Of a stretch of 64,000 bases of DNA, positions 27,226 to 40,457 are shown in pieces. Position numbers and translations under genes: made by a program. The DNA is from Bacteroidaceae bacterium (GTDB lineage Bacteria > Bacillota > Clostridia > Oscillospirales > Acutalibacteraceae), in assembly GCA_963627915.1 (NCBI GenBank), contig CAVGCY010000055.1, positions 2,609 to 66,608 on the forward strand, read 5' to 3'. Numbering within the stretch: the first letter of the stretch is position 1; every line of letters begins with the position of its first letter. Below the pieces are notes generated by a model. It made no database searches. It worked only from the letters and a program-made list of their open reading frames with translations, and had not been told where the DNA came from.

Positions 27226-28641
27226 TTATATTTTAGCCTGTTTTGTTTCGTATATCGCCCTGAAAAGCGACAGCTCATTATCATACGGCAGGTCGCACGA
27301 CATGTGCCATATCATAATTCCGCCGAGTCCCGCATCAACGGCAAATGCCGTCTTATCGGAAATCATCTGAACCGAATTTATATACTGCATGGCTGTCATG
27401 GGATTGCCGGAATGGTCAAAATCATTAAAATAAATAAGATTTGTAAATCTGTCAAGACTGCTCTCAAACTGTTTATAATCGCCCCAGTATCCGAGCTTGT
27501 TAACCGGACGCGAATAAAACGGAACGCCCAAATCGATTTTTGATTTATCAAACCCGCCTTCAATCGCCTTTCTTACGCCGTTCGCCGTTACGGCAAAAAT
27601 GGAATGATATCCGTGCGCCGTAAACATATCGTACAGCATAACCTCCGCACGATCTATTATATCGAGCACATCATCGTCAAATCGCAAATCCCACGGAGCT
27701 ATGGCAAGAGATATTATTTTATCGGGTATTGCCTTATCAAGACGTCTTAAAAACTCGTTAAACTGTTTCCATTCATTTTTGCTGTTCGGAAATTCATAAT
27801 CCATATCATAGCCGTCAAAGCCGTATTTTTCAACCAGTGCGCGAATGCTTTCTACCGTTGCGTCAACATATTCTTCGCTGAGCATCGATATGATATCGGC
27901 GTTGTCGTTTCCGTACGGCATTGCTATATCGCATATAAGATTGATATTTTTACCCGCTGTTTTTTCTTTCAATATTGAAATTTTGTCGGCATAATACTGT
28001 TCGTCAACACTTTCGCCCTTTCCGTCGACAAAGCATACCTCTCCCTGCGCGGTAAATTTCGCAGTGCCGAAAACTATGATATCCGTTACGCTGCCGAGCA
28101 TTGAAACATCCATATCCTCGCCGATATTCTCCGTGACAAGATATGTGTTGACTCTCAAATCACCGGCGTTTTCATTCTTTAAATTATAAACGCCCAATCC
28201 GTTTAAATTATAATTGCCTGAGGACTGATTTACAAATATACGGAGATATCTGTAAGAAATATCGCCCAAAAAACATGTATGTCCGCCTTCTATGCAGTCG
28301 CTTTGATACAGAAATTCATAATCGTTATCCTTATCATTTGAAGCGTATATTTCAAAAAGGGTAACGTTCTTTCCGCTCTCCTGCAAAACAACTGTGTTAA
28401 AATCCTTCCTCTCGAGCAGGTCGACGGTAACATAGCATACCTCCTCCTGCTTTCCCTTGAGAGAAAACGATGAAACGGTTTTTCCGCTCATATCGGTAAT
28501 CTCGGAATTTTCGGCAAGATTGTCATACTGAGAATAAACGTCATTCATAATTTTTCTGCCGTTTTCACCGCAGGATGAAAACAACGAAGCGATGACAATT
28601 AAAGATAAAATGACGCTCAATAAAGCCTTGATTTTTTTCAT
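27226..28641 (-). CDS. Lipoprotein with an N-terminal discoidin/CBM-like domain and a GH18 (chitinase-like) catalytic domain
   Basis: Lipobox (LFSSC) and the GH18 motif FDGYDMDYEFP (DxxDxDxE). The N-terminal domain assignment is tentative. Confidence 0.75.
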   Translation of the reverse strand: MKKIKALLSVILSLIVIASLFSSCGENGRKIMNDVYSQYDNLAENSEITDMSGKTVSSFSLKGKQEEVCYVTVDLLERKDFNTVVLQESGKNVTLFEIYASNDKDNDYEFLYQSDCIEGGHTCFLGDISYRYLRIFVNQSSGNYNLNGLGVYNLKNENAGDLRVNTYLVTENIGEDMDVSMLGSVTDIIVFGTAKFTAQGEVCFVDGKGESVDEQYYADKISILKEKTAGKNINLICDIAMPYGNDNADIISMLSEEYVDATVESIRALVEKYGFDGYDMDYEFPNSKNEWKQFNEFLRRLDKAIPDKIISLAIAPWDLRFDDDVLDIIDRAEVMLYDMFTAHGYHSIFAVTANGVRKAIEGGFDKSKIDLGVPFYSRPVNKLGYWGDYKQFESSLDRFTNLIYFNDFDHSGNPMTAMQYINSVQMISDKTAFAVDAGLGGIMIWHMSCDLPYDNELSLFRAIYETKQAKI

Positions 28642-28716
28642 AAAAACACCTCAAGGTATATTTTACATATAAATTCACCAAATTTCAACATAAAATTTAA
28701 TATTAATTGTAAAAAA

Positions 28717-31190
<2,474 letters not shown>

Positions 31191-31194
<4 letters not shown>

Positions 31195-32681
31195 TCCGTT
31201 TCTCCGATGAGTTTCTCCATCTCGGAAATGTCATTATCGTCAAACGAGCCTTTTTCAAGCCTTTCAAGTAAAGCCAAATAGTCATTTTCCGCCTTGAGAA
31301 TCAGTTTTTCCTCAAATTTTGAAATTTCCGAAACCTCGATTTTATTAAAAAATCCGTGCGTTACGGCATAGATTATTATAATCTGACATCCTGCCCGTAC
31401 CGGCGAATTTTTATTTTGTTTCAACACCTCTGTTATTCTCTCGCCCAAAGCAAGACGCGCCTTTGTATCAGCATCGAGATCGCTTGAAAACTGAGCGAAG
31501 GCCTGCAGTTCCCTGTACTGCGAATAAAAAAGCTTCAATTCGCCGGAAACCTTCTTCATGCCCTGCAGCTGCGCCGAACCTCCGACTCGGCTTACAGATA
31601 TACCGGGGTTTACCGCAGGCATTATCCCCGAATGGAAAAGCTCCGTTTCAAGGAATATCTGACCGTCTGTTATGGAAATAACGTTAGTCGGAATATACGC
31701 CGATACGTCGCCCGCCTGAGTTTCTATTATCGGCAGAGCTGTTATCGAACCTCCGCCGTACTCGTCGGAAACTTTCGCCGCGCGTTCAAGAAGTCTTGAA
31801 TGCAAATAAAATACGTCGCCGGGATATGCCTCCCGTCCGGGCGGTCTGCGTATAAGAAGCGACAAGGCTCTGTACGCTACGGCATGTTTTGACAAATCAT
31901 CATAAACAATCAAAACGTCTTTGCCCTGCTCTCTGAAAAATTCAGCCATGGCGCATCCGGAATAAGGAGCAATATACTGAAGCGGAGCAGGCTCGGCAGC
32001 AGAAGCCGAAACTACTATGGTATGAGCCATTGCACCCGCCTTTGTTAATTCGTTAACCACCTGAACGACGGATGAATTTTTCTGTCCTATCGCGACATAA
32101 ATACATATTACGCCGCTTGAGTTCTGGTTTATTATCGTATCGACGGCAATCTGTGTTTTACCGGTCTGCCTGTCGCCGATTATAAGTTCACGCTGTCCCC
32201 TGCCTATGGGAATCATACCGTCAACAGCCTTGATACCCGTCTGTAAAGGCACGCTCACACCCTCGCGCTCGATAATTCCGGGAGCGGAAGATTCTATAGG
32301 CTTTACGGCTTCGGTTTCAATTCCGCCCTTTCCGTCTATCGGTTTTCCGAGAGCGTTTACAACTCTGCCGAGCATCTTTTCACCGACGGGGACGGACAGA
32401 ACTCTGCCGGTACACATAACCTTCGTTCCCTCGCCTATGGACGTATCACCCGACAGAAGCGCGGCGGAAACGGTATCCTCGTCAAGATTCATAGCAAGTC
32501 CGAAGCTTCCGTCTTCAAATTCAAGCAGTTCGCCCGCCATACATTTATCGAGTCCGTAAACAGACGCGATGCCGTCGCCTGCGCAAATGACCTTTCCTGT
32601 ATCCTTTGTCTGTATGCAGGAACCGTAAGAGCGTATCTGTTCTTTGATAATACTGCTTATGGAATGCACATCAATACTCAT
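31191..32681 (-). CDS. atpA: F1 ATP synthase alpha subunit
   Basis: Walker A (GDRQTGKTQ). 496 aa. Confidence 0.98.
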
Positions 32682-33217
32682 TTGTCCTGCGTCTCCTTTA
32701 TCTGTTTTAATTTGTTCTTTATGCTCGCGTCGATAATTCCGCCGTCCGCATAAACGACAAATCCGCCGATAAGCGATTCGTCAATTTCGTATATAGCCCT
32801 GATTTTACGGGAAAACTTTTTTTCAAGCGTACTCTCAAGCTTACGCTTCTCTTTGTCTGTCATAGAGCACGCACCGACAACCTTTACGTCAAGCTCTCCG
32901 ACCTTTTCCGAATACATTTTTTTAAATTCTCCGACGCATCGTGAAAAAATATTCAAATACCTTTTTTTGCACAAAATTTTTAAAAAAACAAGAATCTCGT
33001 CGGGAATCCTGCCCGAAAAGGCGGAATCGATACATTTCAGCCTGTCCGAAATATCAATATTCGGGTCTGACAGCATTTTGATATATTCTTTTTCATTCTT
33101 AAAAATATCATCAAGAGCCAAAAGAGCTTCTTCAAATTCCTTTTCTCTGCCCGCCTCCGCGGCTATCGAAAACAACGCGTCGGCACAGCATAATGCCGTA
33201 TCAGTCATCACAGTCAC
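32678..33217 (-). CDS. atpH: F1 ATP synthase delta (OSCP) subunit
   Basis: 179 aa, positioned between atpF and atpA. Its C-terminus ([21 protein letters not shown]) is typical of delta. Confidence 0.88.
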   Translation of the reverse strand: MTVMTDTALCCADALFSIAAEAGREKEFEEALLALDDIFKNEKEYIKMLSDPNIDISDRLKCIDSAFSGRIPDEILVFLKILCKKRYLNIFSRCVGEFKKMYSEKVGELDVKVVGACSMTDKEKRKLESTLEKKFSRKIRAIYEIDESLIGGFVVYADGGIIDASIKNKLKQIKETQDK

Positions 33218-33707
33218 CTATTTCCGAAATCGCCTCGTCTATAATATTCCTGCGATCGCTCTCGTTTATCGTCCTGCCTATCATTTTTTCCGCGATAAGC
33301 ACGGAAACGTCCGCAATTTCTTTCCTGACGGAATCCTCGGCTTTCTTTCTTTCGAGCTTCGCCTGTTCTTCGGCGTTTGATATAATCCCGTCGGCTCTGC
33401 GTTTTGCGTCGCCGGTCAGCTTATCGCCCATGCGCCTTGCCTGAGTCTGCGCATTTTCAATAATCGCGTCGGCTTCGTTCTGCGCTTCGGAAACTCTTTT
33501 ACTCCACTCTCTGCGGTCGTTTTCCGCTTCAAGCTTTGTCTTCTCGGCTTCGGAATACGTTTTATCAAGCTGATTCTGCCGTTCGGCGATCATTTTTTTA
33601 ACAGGCTTATAGAGAAATTTTTTTATAATTAAAAAAAGTATAACGAGATTGCACAGAGAAATGATTATCAGCCAGATATTTACGGAGATAACATCGAGAT
33701 TCTGCAT
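33201..33707 (-). CDS. atpF: Fo ATP synthase b subunit
   Basis: A single N-terminal TM helix followed by a long charged helix. The operon position fits. Confidence 0.88.
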   Translation of the reverse strand: MQNLDVISVNIWLIIISLCNLVILFLIIKKFLYKPVKKMIAERQNQLDKTYSEAEKTKLEAENDRREWSKRVSEAQNEADAIIENAQTQARRMGDKLTGDAKRRADGIISNAEEQAKLERKKAEDSVRKEIADVSVLIAEKMIGRTINESDRRNIIDEAISEIGDCDD

Positions 33708-33719
33708 AAAACCGTCTCC

Positions 33720-34031
<312 letters not shown>

Positions 34032-34038
34032 TTATATA

Positions 34039-34989
34039 TTAATCGGCTCTCTGAGCCTTTTTAGCTTTTTTCAGTCTCTTTTTCTCCTGCTTTTTTATAT
34101 AAAGCTCCTGCGGAAATCCGCCGGCAACGTACAGCATTGTAAGCATTGCAAATATAAACGCCTGCAAACATCCGCTGAACACGTCAAAGTAAATACTCAG
34201 GAACGCGGGAAGTCCGATTCTTAAAAACGGAATCTTTGAAAAAGAACCCGGCAGAAATGAGAAAATCATACCCGAAAGCGAAGCAAGAGCGTACGAAATG
34301 AGAACCGATATTACAGACCCCGACAAAACGTTTCCGTAATGACGAAACGCCATGGATACGGGAGTTGCAGCCTCGCTTATTATATTAAGAGGCGCAAGAA
34401 ACGGTACGGGTTCACCGAAGCTTTTGATATAATGCAAAGGTCCGCATTTCATTTTATAATGCGTTATAAGTATGAACGTCAGAGCCGCCCATCCCGCCGT
34501 AATATTAATATCCGACGTCGGAGGAAAAAGACCTATAAGCGACAGCAGACTTGAACACGCGCTTAAAGCAAGTATCGCCGCGACAAACGGAGCAAATCCC
34601 ATAAAATATTCGCCCATATTCTCCTTTACGAGAGAATCCGCTTTTTCTACAATCCATTCTGCGATAACCTGCCTTTTCCCTTTGCCCCAAACAGTCATAC
34701 CGTGCGTCAGGAACATACACAGAAACATTATCGACAAAATAACAAGCCAGGAATTTATCTGCGCCTCGGTTATCGGCATGACCGTACCGAACGGCATATT
34801 TATACGTGCATAAATCATCGCGCCCTGAATCTGTATTCCGTCCGAAGCGGGAGTATACAGAACCTTCAGCGTCATTCCCGCAATTAACGGCAGTACGCTG
34901 AGTATCAGCAGCAAAACGTCGATAAAACCGAATTTTGGCTTTTCATTTCCGCAAATCTGTTTTTTCTTTGTTTCCTCCATCTGAATCAC
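34039..34989 (-). CDS. atpB: Fo ATP synthase a subunit
   Basis: A multi-TM protein with the conserved Arg region (AFRHYGNVLSG). It has an extra N-terminal helix and a Lys-rich C-terminal tail. The start is uncertain (GTG 34989 or ATG 34980). Confidence 0.9.
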   Translation of the reverse strand: MIQMEETKKKQICGNEKPKFGFIDVLLLILSVLPLIAGMTLKVLYTPASDGIQIQGAMIYARINMPFGTVMPITEAQINSWLVILSIMFLCMFLTHGMTVWGKGKRQVIAEWIVEKADSLVKENMGEYFMGFAPFVAAILALSACSSLLSLIGLFPPTSDINITAGWAALTFILITHYKMKCGPLHYIKSFGEPVPFLAPLNIISEAATPVSMAFRHYGNVLSGSVISVLISYALASLSGMIFSFLPGSFSKIPFLRIGLPAFLSIYFDVFSGCLQAFIFAMLTMLYVAGGFPQELYIKKQEKKRLKKAKKAQRAD

Positions 34990-35374
34990 CGCCGTCCTTT
35001 TTCATAAAGCTCTGTCTGAAGAAAACCGCAATACGCGTAAAAAACAAAGGAATAAGAGTCGTCGCTACATTAAAACAGCTCAGAACAGCTCCGAGTATGC
35101 AAACAAGAAAAAGCATAAACATTCTCAAAAGCTGAGAAACGCGCATAAAGCTTGCGGCCTCCTTTTCATTCTTATCACATGAGTACTGAACGCTCAGCCC
35201 CATAAGAAAGAAATTAAGTATCCCCGCCGAACAACCTATCAGATTTCCCAGCAGGACGCTTAAATCCCACTTGCCGATTACAAGAAATACGGCTTGCATA
35301 AGCGCGCTTGCGATTAATGAGAAAACAGCCATAAAACCTGTTTCCTTCATAACCGTTTTATCAGGCTTGATCAT
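34943..35374 (-). CDS. atpI: ATP synthase protein I-like small membrane protein
   Basis: A 143-aa hydrophobic protein that is the first gene of the atp operon. It overlaps the atpB start. Confidence 0.6.
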   Translation of the reverse strand: MIKPDKTVMKETGFMAVFSLIASALMQAVFLVIGKWDLSVLLGNLIGCSAGILNFFLMGLSVQYSCDKNEKEAASFMRVSQLLRMFMLFLVCILGAVLSCFNVATTLIPLFFTRIAVFFRQSFMKKDGGDSDGGNKEKTDLRK

Positions 35375-35544
35375 TTTACAATCCCCTCTCCGTTAACCTG
35401 CATTCTTTATTCAGTTTAAGTTATTATTACACCCGAATATGTACTAAATATAAACACATGTAGATTTATTTTACACATGACGAATATTTCAAAAAAATAA
35501 TCGCACGAAACATCTGAACATTTCGTACGAATCTGATAAATATC

Positions 35545-35577
35545 AATAAAAATGGCAAGTATCTGACGATACCTGCC
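35545..35577 (-). terminator. Intrinsic terminator after tRNA-Lys
   Basis: A 10-bp stem (ggcaagtatc / gatacctgcc, one G-U pair) followed on the minus strand by AUUUUUAUU. Confidence 0.7.
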
Positions 35578-35583
35578 GATTTC

Positions 35584-35659
35584 TGGTGATCCAGCGGAGA
35601 TTCGAACTCCGGACACCCTGCTTAAAAGGCAGGTGCTCTGCCGACTGAGCTACTGGATC
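35584..35659 (-). tRNA. tRNA-Lys (anticodon UUU)
   Basis: The minus strand reads GATCCAG TA GCTC AGTCGGC AGAGC A CCTGC CTTTTAA GCAGG GTGTC CGGAG TTCGAAT CTCCG CTGGATC A CCA. This is a full 76-nt cloverleaf with an encoded CCA end. Confidence 0.96.
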
Positions 35660-35677
35660 GATATTGTAAACACGCCT

Positions 35678-35929
35678 TTACTTTAAGAAAGCCAAAAGCA
35701 ATGTAGTACCCAATGTAAGTATAAAGAACAGCGCACCGAGAACCTTCGTACCCTTAGCGAGCTTTGCCTCAATCGTTCTGCCCTTATGTTTACCGAAGAA
35801 TGTTTCCGCACCGCCCGCGATAGCACCGGAAAGACCTGCCGATCTGCTCTGCTGCATGAGTACAATAACAATCATTGCAAGTGAGAGAACAATGAGTACC
35901 GCACCAAGTATGTATTCATAAGCCGCCAT
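35678..35929 (-). CDS. secG: Preprotein translocase subunit SecG
   Basis: An 83-aa product from ATG 35929 with two TM helices and the motif LMQQSRSAGLSGAIAGG. Confidence 0.88.
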   Translation of the reverse strand: MAAYEYILGAVLIVLSLAMIVIVLMQQSRSAGLSGAIAGGAETFFGKHKGRTIEAKLAKGTKVLGALFFILTLGTTLLLAFLK

Positions 35930-36074
35930 TATGTCAAGTCCTTTCTTGTGACGTATCGTCAAACTGCTTGAATATATTATCATATCAAAAACAAAAAATC
36001 AAGTATTTTTTCATTTTTTTTTAAATTTTCTTATTTTTATTTTTCGTACCTTTTTTGCGCCTTTAAAAATATTC

Positions 36075-36104
36075 TTGACGAATAAGGCAGGACAAGTGTA
36101 TAAT
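36075..36104 (+). promoter_or_regulatory. Sigma-A type promoter of the topoisomerase pair
   Basis: TTGACG, an 18-nt spacer, then TATAAT, about 50 nt upstream of the ATG at 36156. Confidence 0.65.
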
Positions 36105-36155
36105 ATGGTATTATTGATTATATATAATATATACAGTACTTCATCGGAGGCAGTT

Positions 36156-38141
36156 ATGGCAAAAAGAAAAGAGTATTCAAATCAGTCGATAGTAAAACTC
36201 GAGGGACCCGATAAAATAAGAAAACGTCCCGCTGTTATCTTCGGCTCTGACGACATAGAGGGTTGCCAGCACTCTGTTTTTGAAATTATTTCAAACTCAA
36301 TCGACGAAGCCCGCGAGGGACACGGAAACAAAATTACGGTTATCAGATATCTCGACAAATCGATTGAGGTTACAGACCACGGACGCGGTATGCCGGTGGA
36401 CTGGAACGAAAAATACGGTCAGTACAACTGGGAACTGCTTTTCTGTGAAATGTATGCGGGAAGCAAATACGACACGAACGAGGGCGGAAGCTATGAGTTT
36501 TCGCTCGGTCTTAACGGACTCGGACTCTGCTCGACGCAATGCGCGTCCGAATATATGGAGGCTGAAATAAAAAACGGCGGATTTATATACAATCTTCGTT
36601 TTGAAAAAGGATTCCCCGTCGGTGAAATGAAGAAAGAACCGTACCCGAAAAAAGACACGGGAACGCGCATACGCTGGAAACCCGACCTCGAGGTTTTTAC
36701 CGATACCGACATTCCTCTTGAATATTATCAGAATACAATAAAACGTCAGGCAATAGTAAATTCGGGCGTTAAATTCATACTTAAAAATCAAATATCCGAA
36801 TCAAGATTTGAAACATTCGAATATTTCTACGAAAACGGAATTAAAGATTATGTCGGGGAATTTACGTCCGGCGAAGCGTTTACGTCCGTTCAATTCTGGC
36901 AGACGGAGCGCGTCGGCAGGGACAGAGAGGACAAGCCCGACTATAAAGTTAAAATAAATACCGCGCTGTGCTTTTCAAAAACAAAGCAGTTAAAGGAATT
37001 TTATCACAACTCAAGCTTTCTCGAACACGGCGGCGCGCCGGACAAGGCACTGAAAAGCGCGTTCGTTTCGCAAATAGATTCATATTTAAAACAAAACGGC
37101 AAATATACAAAGACAGACGGTAAGGTTAACATTCAGGATATCGAGGATTGTCTTGTCATAATAATTTCATCATTTTCAACCCAGACGTCGTACGAAAATC
37201 AGACAAAAAAATCAATTACGAATAAATTCATACAAGAGGCGATGACGGATTTTCTCAAGCATCAGCTTGAAATTTATTTTATAGAAAACAAACTTGAAGC
37301 TGACAGAATCGCGGATCAGATTCTCATTAATATGAGAAGCCGCGTTCACGCAGAGAAAGCAAAGCTTGCAATTAAAAATAACCTGACGGGCAAAATGGAC
37401 ATGGGCAACAGAGTCGAAAAATTCGTCGACTGCCGAAGTAAAAACGTAAACGAACGCGAGCTTTTCATTGTGGAGGGCGACTCGGCTCTCGGCGCGTGCA
37501 AGCAGGCGCGAGACTCCGCATTTCAGGCGATTATTCCTGTACGTGGTAAAATATTAAACTGCCTTAAGGCTGATTATTCAAAGGTTTTCAAAAGCGAAAT
37601 AATCACCGATTTGATAAAAGTCCTCGGCTGCGGAGTCGAAGTCAGAACTAAGGCAAACAAAAACATAAGCGGTTTTGACATAGACGCTCTGCGCTGGAAT
37701 AAGATCATTATCTGCACCGACGCGGACGTCGACGGATTCCAAATAAGAACACTGATTCTTACAATGCTTTATTCTCTTACTCCGACTCTCATAGAAAAGG
37801 GCAAGGTTTATATTGCGGAATCCCCTCTCTATGAAATAACATCGAAAAACGGCACGTGGTTTGCCTATAACGAACAGGAAAAAACCGACGCATTAAGGGA
37901 AATAGGCGACGCAAAATACACAATTCAGCGTTCAAAAGGTCTGGGCGAAAACGAACCCGACATGATGTGGATGACAACAATGAACCCGGAAACAAGACGT
38001 CTTATAAAAGTCGAACCCAATTCAGACCCGTCAAAAACCGCCGATGTTTTTGACCTGTTGCTTGGAGACAACCTTCAAGGCAGAAAAGACCATATTGCAA
38101 ACAACGGATATAAATACATGGATCTTACCGATTTGAGCTAA
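36156..38141 (+). CDS. Type IIA DNA topoisomerase subunit B (ParE/GyrB family, divergent)
   Basis: GHKL ATPase N-terminus (KIRKRPAVIFGS, EIISNSIDEA) and Toprim motifs (ELFIVEGDSALG, PVRGKILN, CTDADVDGFQIR). ATG 36156 follows GGAGG. Confidence 0.9.
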   Translation: MAKRKEYSNQSIVKLEGPDKIRKRPAVIFGSDDIEGCQHSVFEIISNSIDEAREGHGNKITVIRYLDKSIEVTDHGRGMPVDWNEKYGQYNWELLFCEMYAGSKYDTNEGGSYEFSLGLNGLGLCSTQCASEYMEAEIKNGGFIYNLRFEKGFPVGEMKKEPYPKKDTGTRIRWKPDLEVFTDTDIPLEYYQNTIKRQAIVNSGVKFILKNQISESRFETFEYFYENGIKDYVGEFTSGEAFTSVQFWQTERVGRDREDKPDYKVKINTALCFSKTKQLKEFYHNSSFLEHGGAPDKALKSAFVSQIDSYLKQNGKYTKTDGKVNIQDIEDCLVIIISSFSTQTSYENQTKKSITNKFIQEAMTDFLKHQLEIYFIENKLEADRIADQILINMRSRVHAEKAKLAIKNNLTGKMDMGNRVEKFVDCRSKNVNERELFIVEGDSALGACKQARDSAFQAIIPVRGKILNCLKADYSKVFKSEIITDLIKVLGCGVEVRTKANKNISGFDIDALRWNKIIICTDADVDGFQIRTLILTMLYSLTPTLIEKGKVYIAESPLYEITSKNGTWFAYNEQEKTDALREIGDAKYTIQRSKGLGENEPDMMWMTTMNPETRRLIKVEPNSDPSKTADVFDLLLGDNLQGRKDHIANNGYKYMDLTDLS

Positions 38142-38154
38142 GGAGGGCTGCATC

Positions 38155-40392
38155 ATGGCAGGAAAAAGAAAAAAAGACGAAACGAAAAAACAGACCTCAG
38201 AGCTTACCGCGCACATCCTCGGCGCAGGAGAAATTAACGAACAGGATATCACCTACACGCTTGAAAATAACTATATGCCATACGCCATGAGCGTTATTTT
38301 ATCAAGAGCAATTCCCGAAATAGACGGATTTAAACCGTCACACAGAAAACTCCTTTATACAATGTACCTTATGGGGCTTTTAAAGGGCGATAAAGTCAAA
38401 AGCGCAAATATTGTGGGACGTACGATGCAACTGAATCCGCACGGAGATCAGGCGATTTATGAAACCATGGTCAGGCTCACGCGTGCAAACGAGACTCTGC
38501 TTCACCCGTATATAGATTCAAAGGGTAACTTCGGCAAAGCGTATTCAAAAAACATGCAGTATGCCGCCTCCCGTTATACCGAGGCAAAGCTTGATAAAAT
38601 AAGCGCGGAGCTTTTTGCGGATATAGACAAGGACACGGTCGACTTCGTACCCAATTACGACAATTCAATGACAGAACCGACGCTGTTTCCGGTGAGATTC
38701 CCGTCAATACTTGTCAATTCAAATATGGGCATAGCCGTCGGAATGGCAAGCAACATTTGCTCGTTTAATTTAAACGAGGTATGCCGTACGGCGATTGAAC
38801 TTATAAAAAATCCCGATCACGTAATAGCAGATACATTAAAAGCCCCGGATTTCAGCGGCGGAGGCAGACTGATTTACGACAGGGCAAGGCTTGAAGAAAT
38901 TTACGAAACCGGGCGCGGAGCCGTCAGAATCCGTTCAAAATACGAATACGACAAAAAGAACAACTGTATTGACATAACGGAGATTCCGCCGACGACGACA
39001 AGCGAAGCTGTAATTGAAAAAATTATAGAGCTGAATAAAACCGGTAAGCTCCGCGACATAAGCGACATACGCGACGAAACGGACAAATCCGGACTTAAAA
39101 TCACAATCGATTTGAAGCGCGGAACAGACCCCGAAAAGCTGATGAACACGCTTTTCAAAAAAACTCCGCTTGAAGATTCCTTCTCATGCAACTTCAATAT
39201 TCTTATCGGAAACGTACCCAAAGTCATAGGCGTACGCGAAATTCTCGGCGAATGGACGGCATTCAGAAGCGAATGCATTAAGAGAAAAACATTTTTTGAA
39301 CTCGAAAAAGCGAAAGAAAAGCTTCATCTTTTACTCGGACTTAAGAAAATACTTCTCGACATTGACAAGGCTATAAAAATCGTCAGAGAAACCGAGGAAG
39401 AGTCGGAGGTTGTTCCAAACCTGATGATTGGCTTCGGAATTGACGAAGCGCAGGCGGAGTATGTTGCCGAAATAAAACTGCGTCATTTAAACAGAGAATA
39501 TATTTTAAAAAGACTTTCCGATATCGATGAACTTCAAAAAAACATCGAGGATATGGAGGATATATTAAAGAGCAGATCGCGTATTAAAAAAATAATAGTT
39601 TCCGAGCTTGAGGACGTTTCAAAAAAGTACGGAAAGGAACGAAGAACGGAAATAATTTACGTTGACGAGAATACAGCGAATGATATCGAAGAGGAAATTC
39701 CCGATTATCCGGTTAAATTATTTTTCACAAAGGACGGATATTTCAAAAAAATTACTCCCCTGTCGCTGCGCATGAGTTCAGAACAGAAACTGAAAGACGG
39801 AGACGAAATCGTATGCGAAACGGACGCGTCAAATGCGGACGAAATTCTATTCTTTACAAACAAGCGTCAGGTTTATAAAACGAGAGCATGCGAATTTTCC
39901 GACACAAAGGCAAGCGTTCTCGGAGATTTCGTATCGTCCAGACTTGAAATGGACAAGGATGAGCTGCCCGTCAATATGACCGTTATCAAAAATTACACGG
40001 GATACATGCTCTTTGTATTTGAAAACGGCAAGATTGCAAAAATAGACATGTCCGCATACGAAACCAAGACGAACAGAAAAAAGCTTATAAAAGCGTATTC
40101 TGACAAATCCCCTCTCGTAAGCTGTATTCATATCGAGGAGGACGCGGATTACGTTATACGTTCGACATCCGGCAGATATCTTATATTCAATTCGGGCTCG
40201 ATATCGCCGAAATCAACTAAGGATTCTCAGGGCGTTGCAATTATGACTCTGAAAAAAGGACACAAAACCGCAAACATTACGCTCTATAACGAAAACATGT
40301 TCGCAAAGCCTGCCAGATACAGAACAAAAACGCTCCCCGCTGCGGGAAGCACGTTGTCCGGCGAAGACTCGTTTGACCAAATCAGTTTCTGA
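38155..40392 (+). CDS. Type IIA DNA topoisomerase subunit A (ParC/GyrA family, divergent)
   Basis: Contains YAMSVILSRAIPEIDGFKPSHRKLLYTM, NPHGDQAIYETMVRL and the active-site Tyr context AASRYTEAKL. No GyrA-box (QRRGGKG) was seen in the C-terminal domain. Confidence 0.9.
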   Translation: MAGKRKKDETKKQTSELTAHILGAGEINEQDITYTLENNYMPYAMSVILSRAIPEIDGFKPSHRKLLYTMYLMGLLKGDKVKSANIVGRTMQLNPHGDQAIYETMVRLTRANETLLHPYIDSKGNFGKAYSKNMQYAASRYTEAKLDKISAELFADIDKDTVDFVPNYDNSMTEPTLFPVRFPSILVNSNMGIAVGMASNICSFNLNEVCRTAIELIKNPDHVIADTLKAPDFSGGGRLIYDRARLEEIYETGRGAVRIRSKYEYDKKNNCIDITEIPPTTTSEAVIEKIIELNKTGKLRDISDIRDETDKSGLKITIDLKRGTDPEKLMNTLFKKTPLEDSFSCNFNILIGNVPKVIGVREILGEWTAFRSECIKRKTFFELEKAKEKLHLLLGLKKILLDIDKAIKIVRETEEESEVVPNLMIGFGIDEAQAEYVAEIKLRHLNREYILKRLSDIDELQKNIEDMEDILKSRSRIKKIIVSELEDVSKKYGKERRTEIIYVDENTANDIEEEIPDYPVKLFFTKDGYFKKITPLSLRMSSEQKLKDGDEIVCETDASNADEILFFTNKRQVYKTRACEFSDTKASVLGDFVSSRLEMDKDELPVNMTVIKNYTGYMLFVFENGKIAKIDMSAYETKTNRKKLIKAYSDKSPLVSCIHIEEDADYVIRSTSGRYLIFNSGSISPKSTKDSQGVAIMTLKKGHKTANITLYNENMFAKPARYRTKTLPAAGSTLSGEDSFDQISF

Positions 40393-40457
40393 TATTCAAG
40401 CGTAATTAAAGATTCGCATATTATTCTGAAAACAACAAAGAATCGGAGATGATTTTT

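Noticed and set aside
35416-35616. A 66-aa minus-strand ORF overlapping the 3' end of tRNA-Lys.
   Set aside because: It overlaps the 3' end of a perfect tRNA cloverleaf and its terminator, and it has no coding signal.
36156-40392. I considered calling the topoisomerase pair gyrB/gyrA.
   Set aside because: No GyrA-box was seen, the motifs are divergent, and the locus is not the dnaA-dnaN-recF-gyrBA origin context. The pair is therefore described only as a ParE/ParC-like type IIA topoisomerase, and the subfamily is left open.
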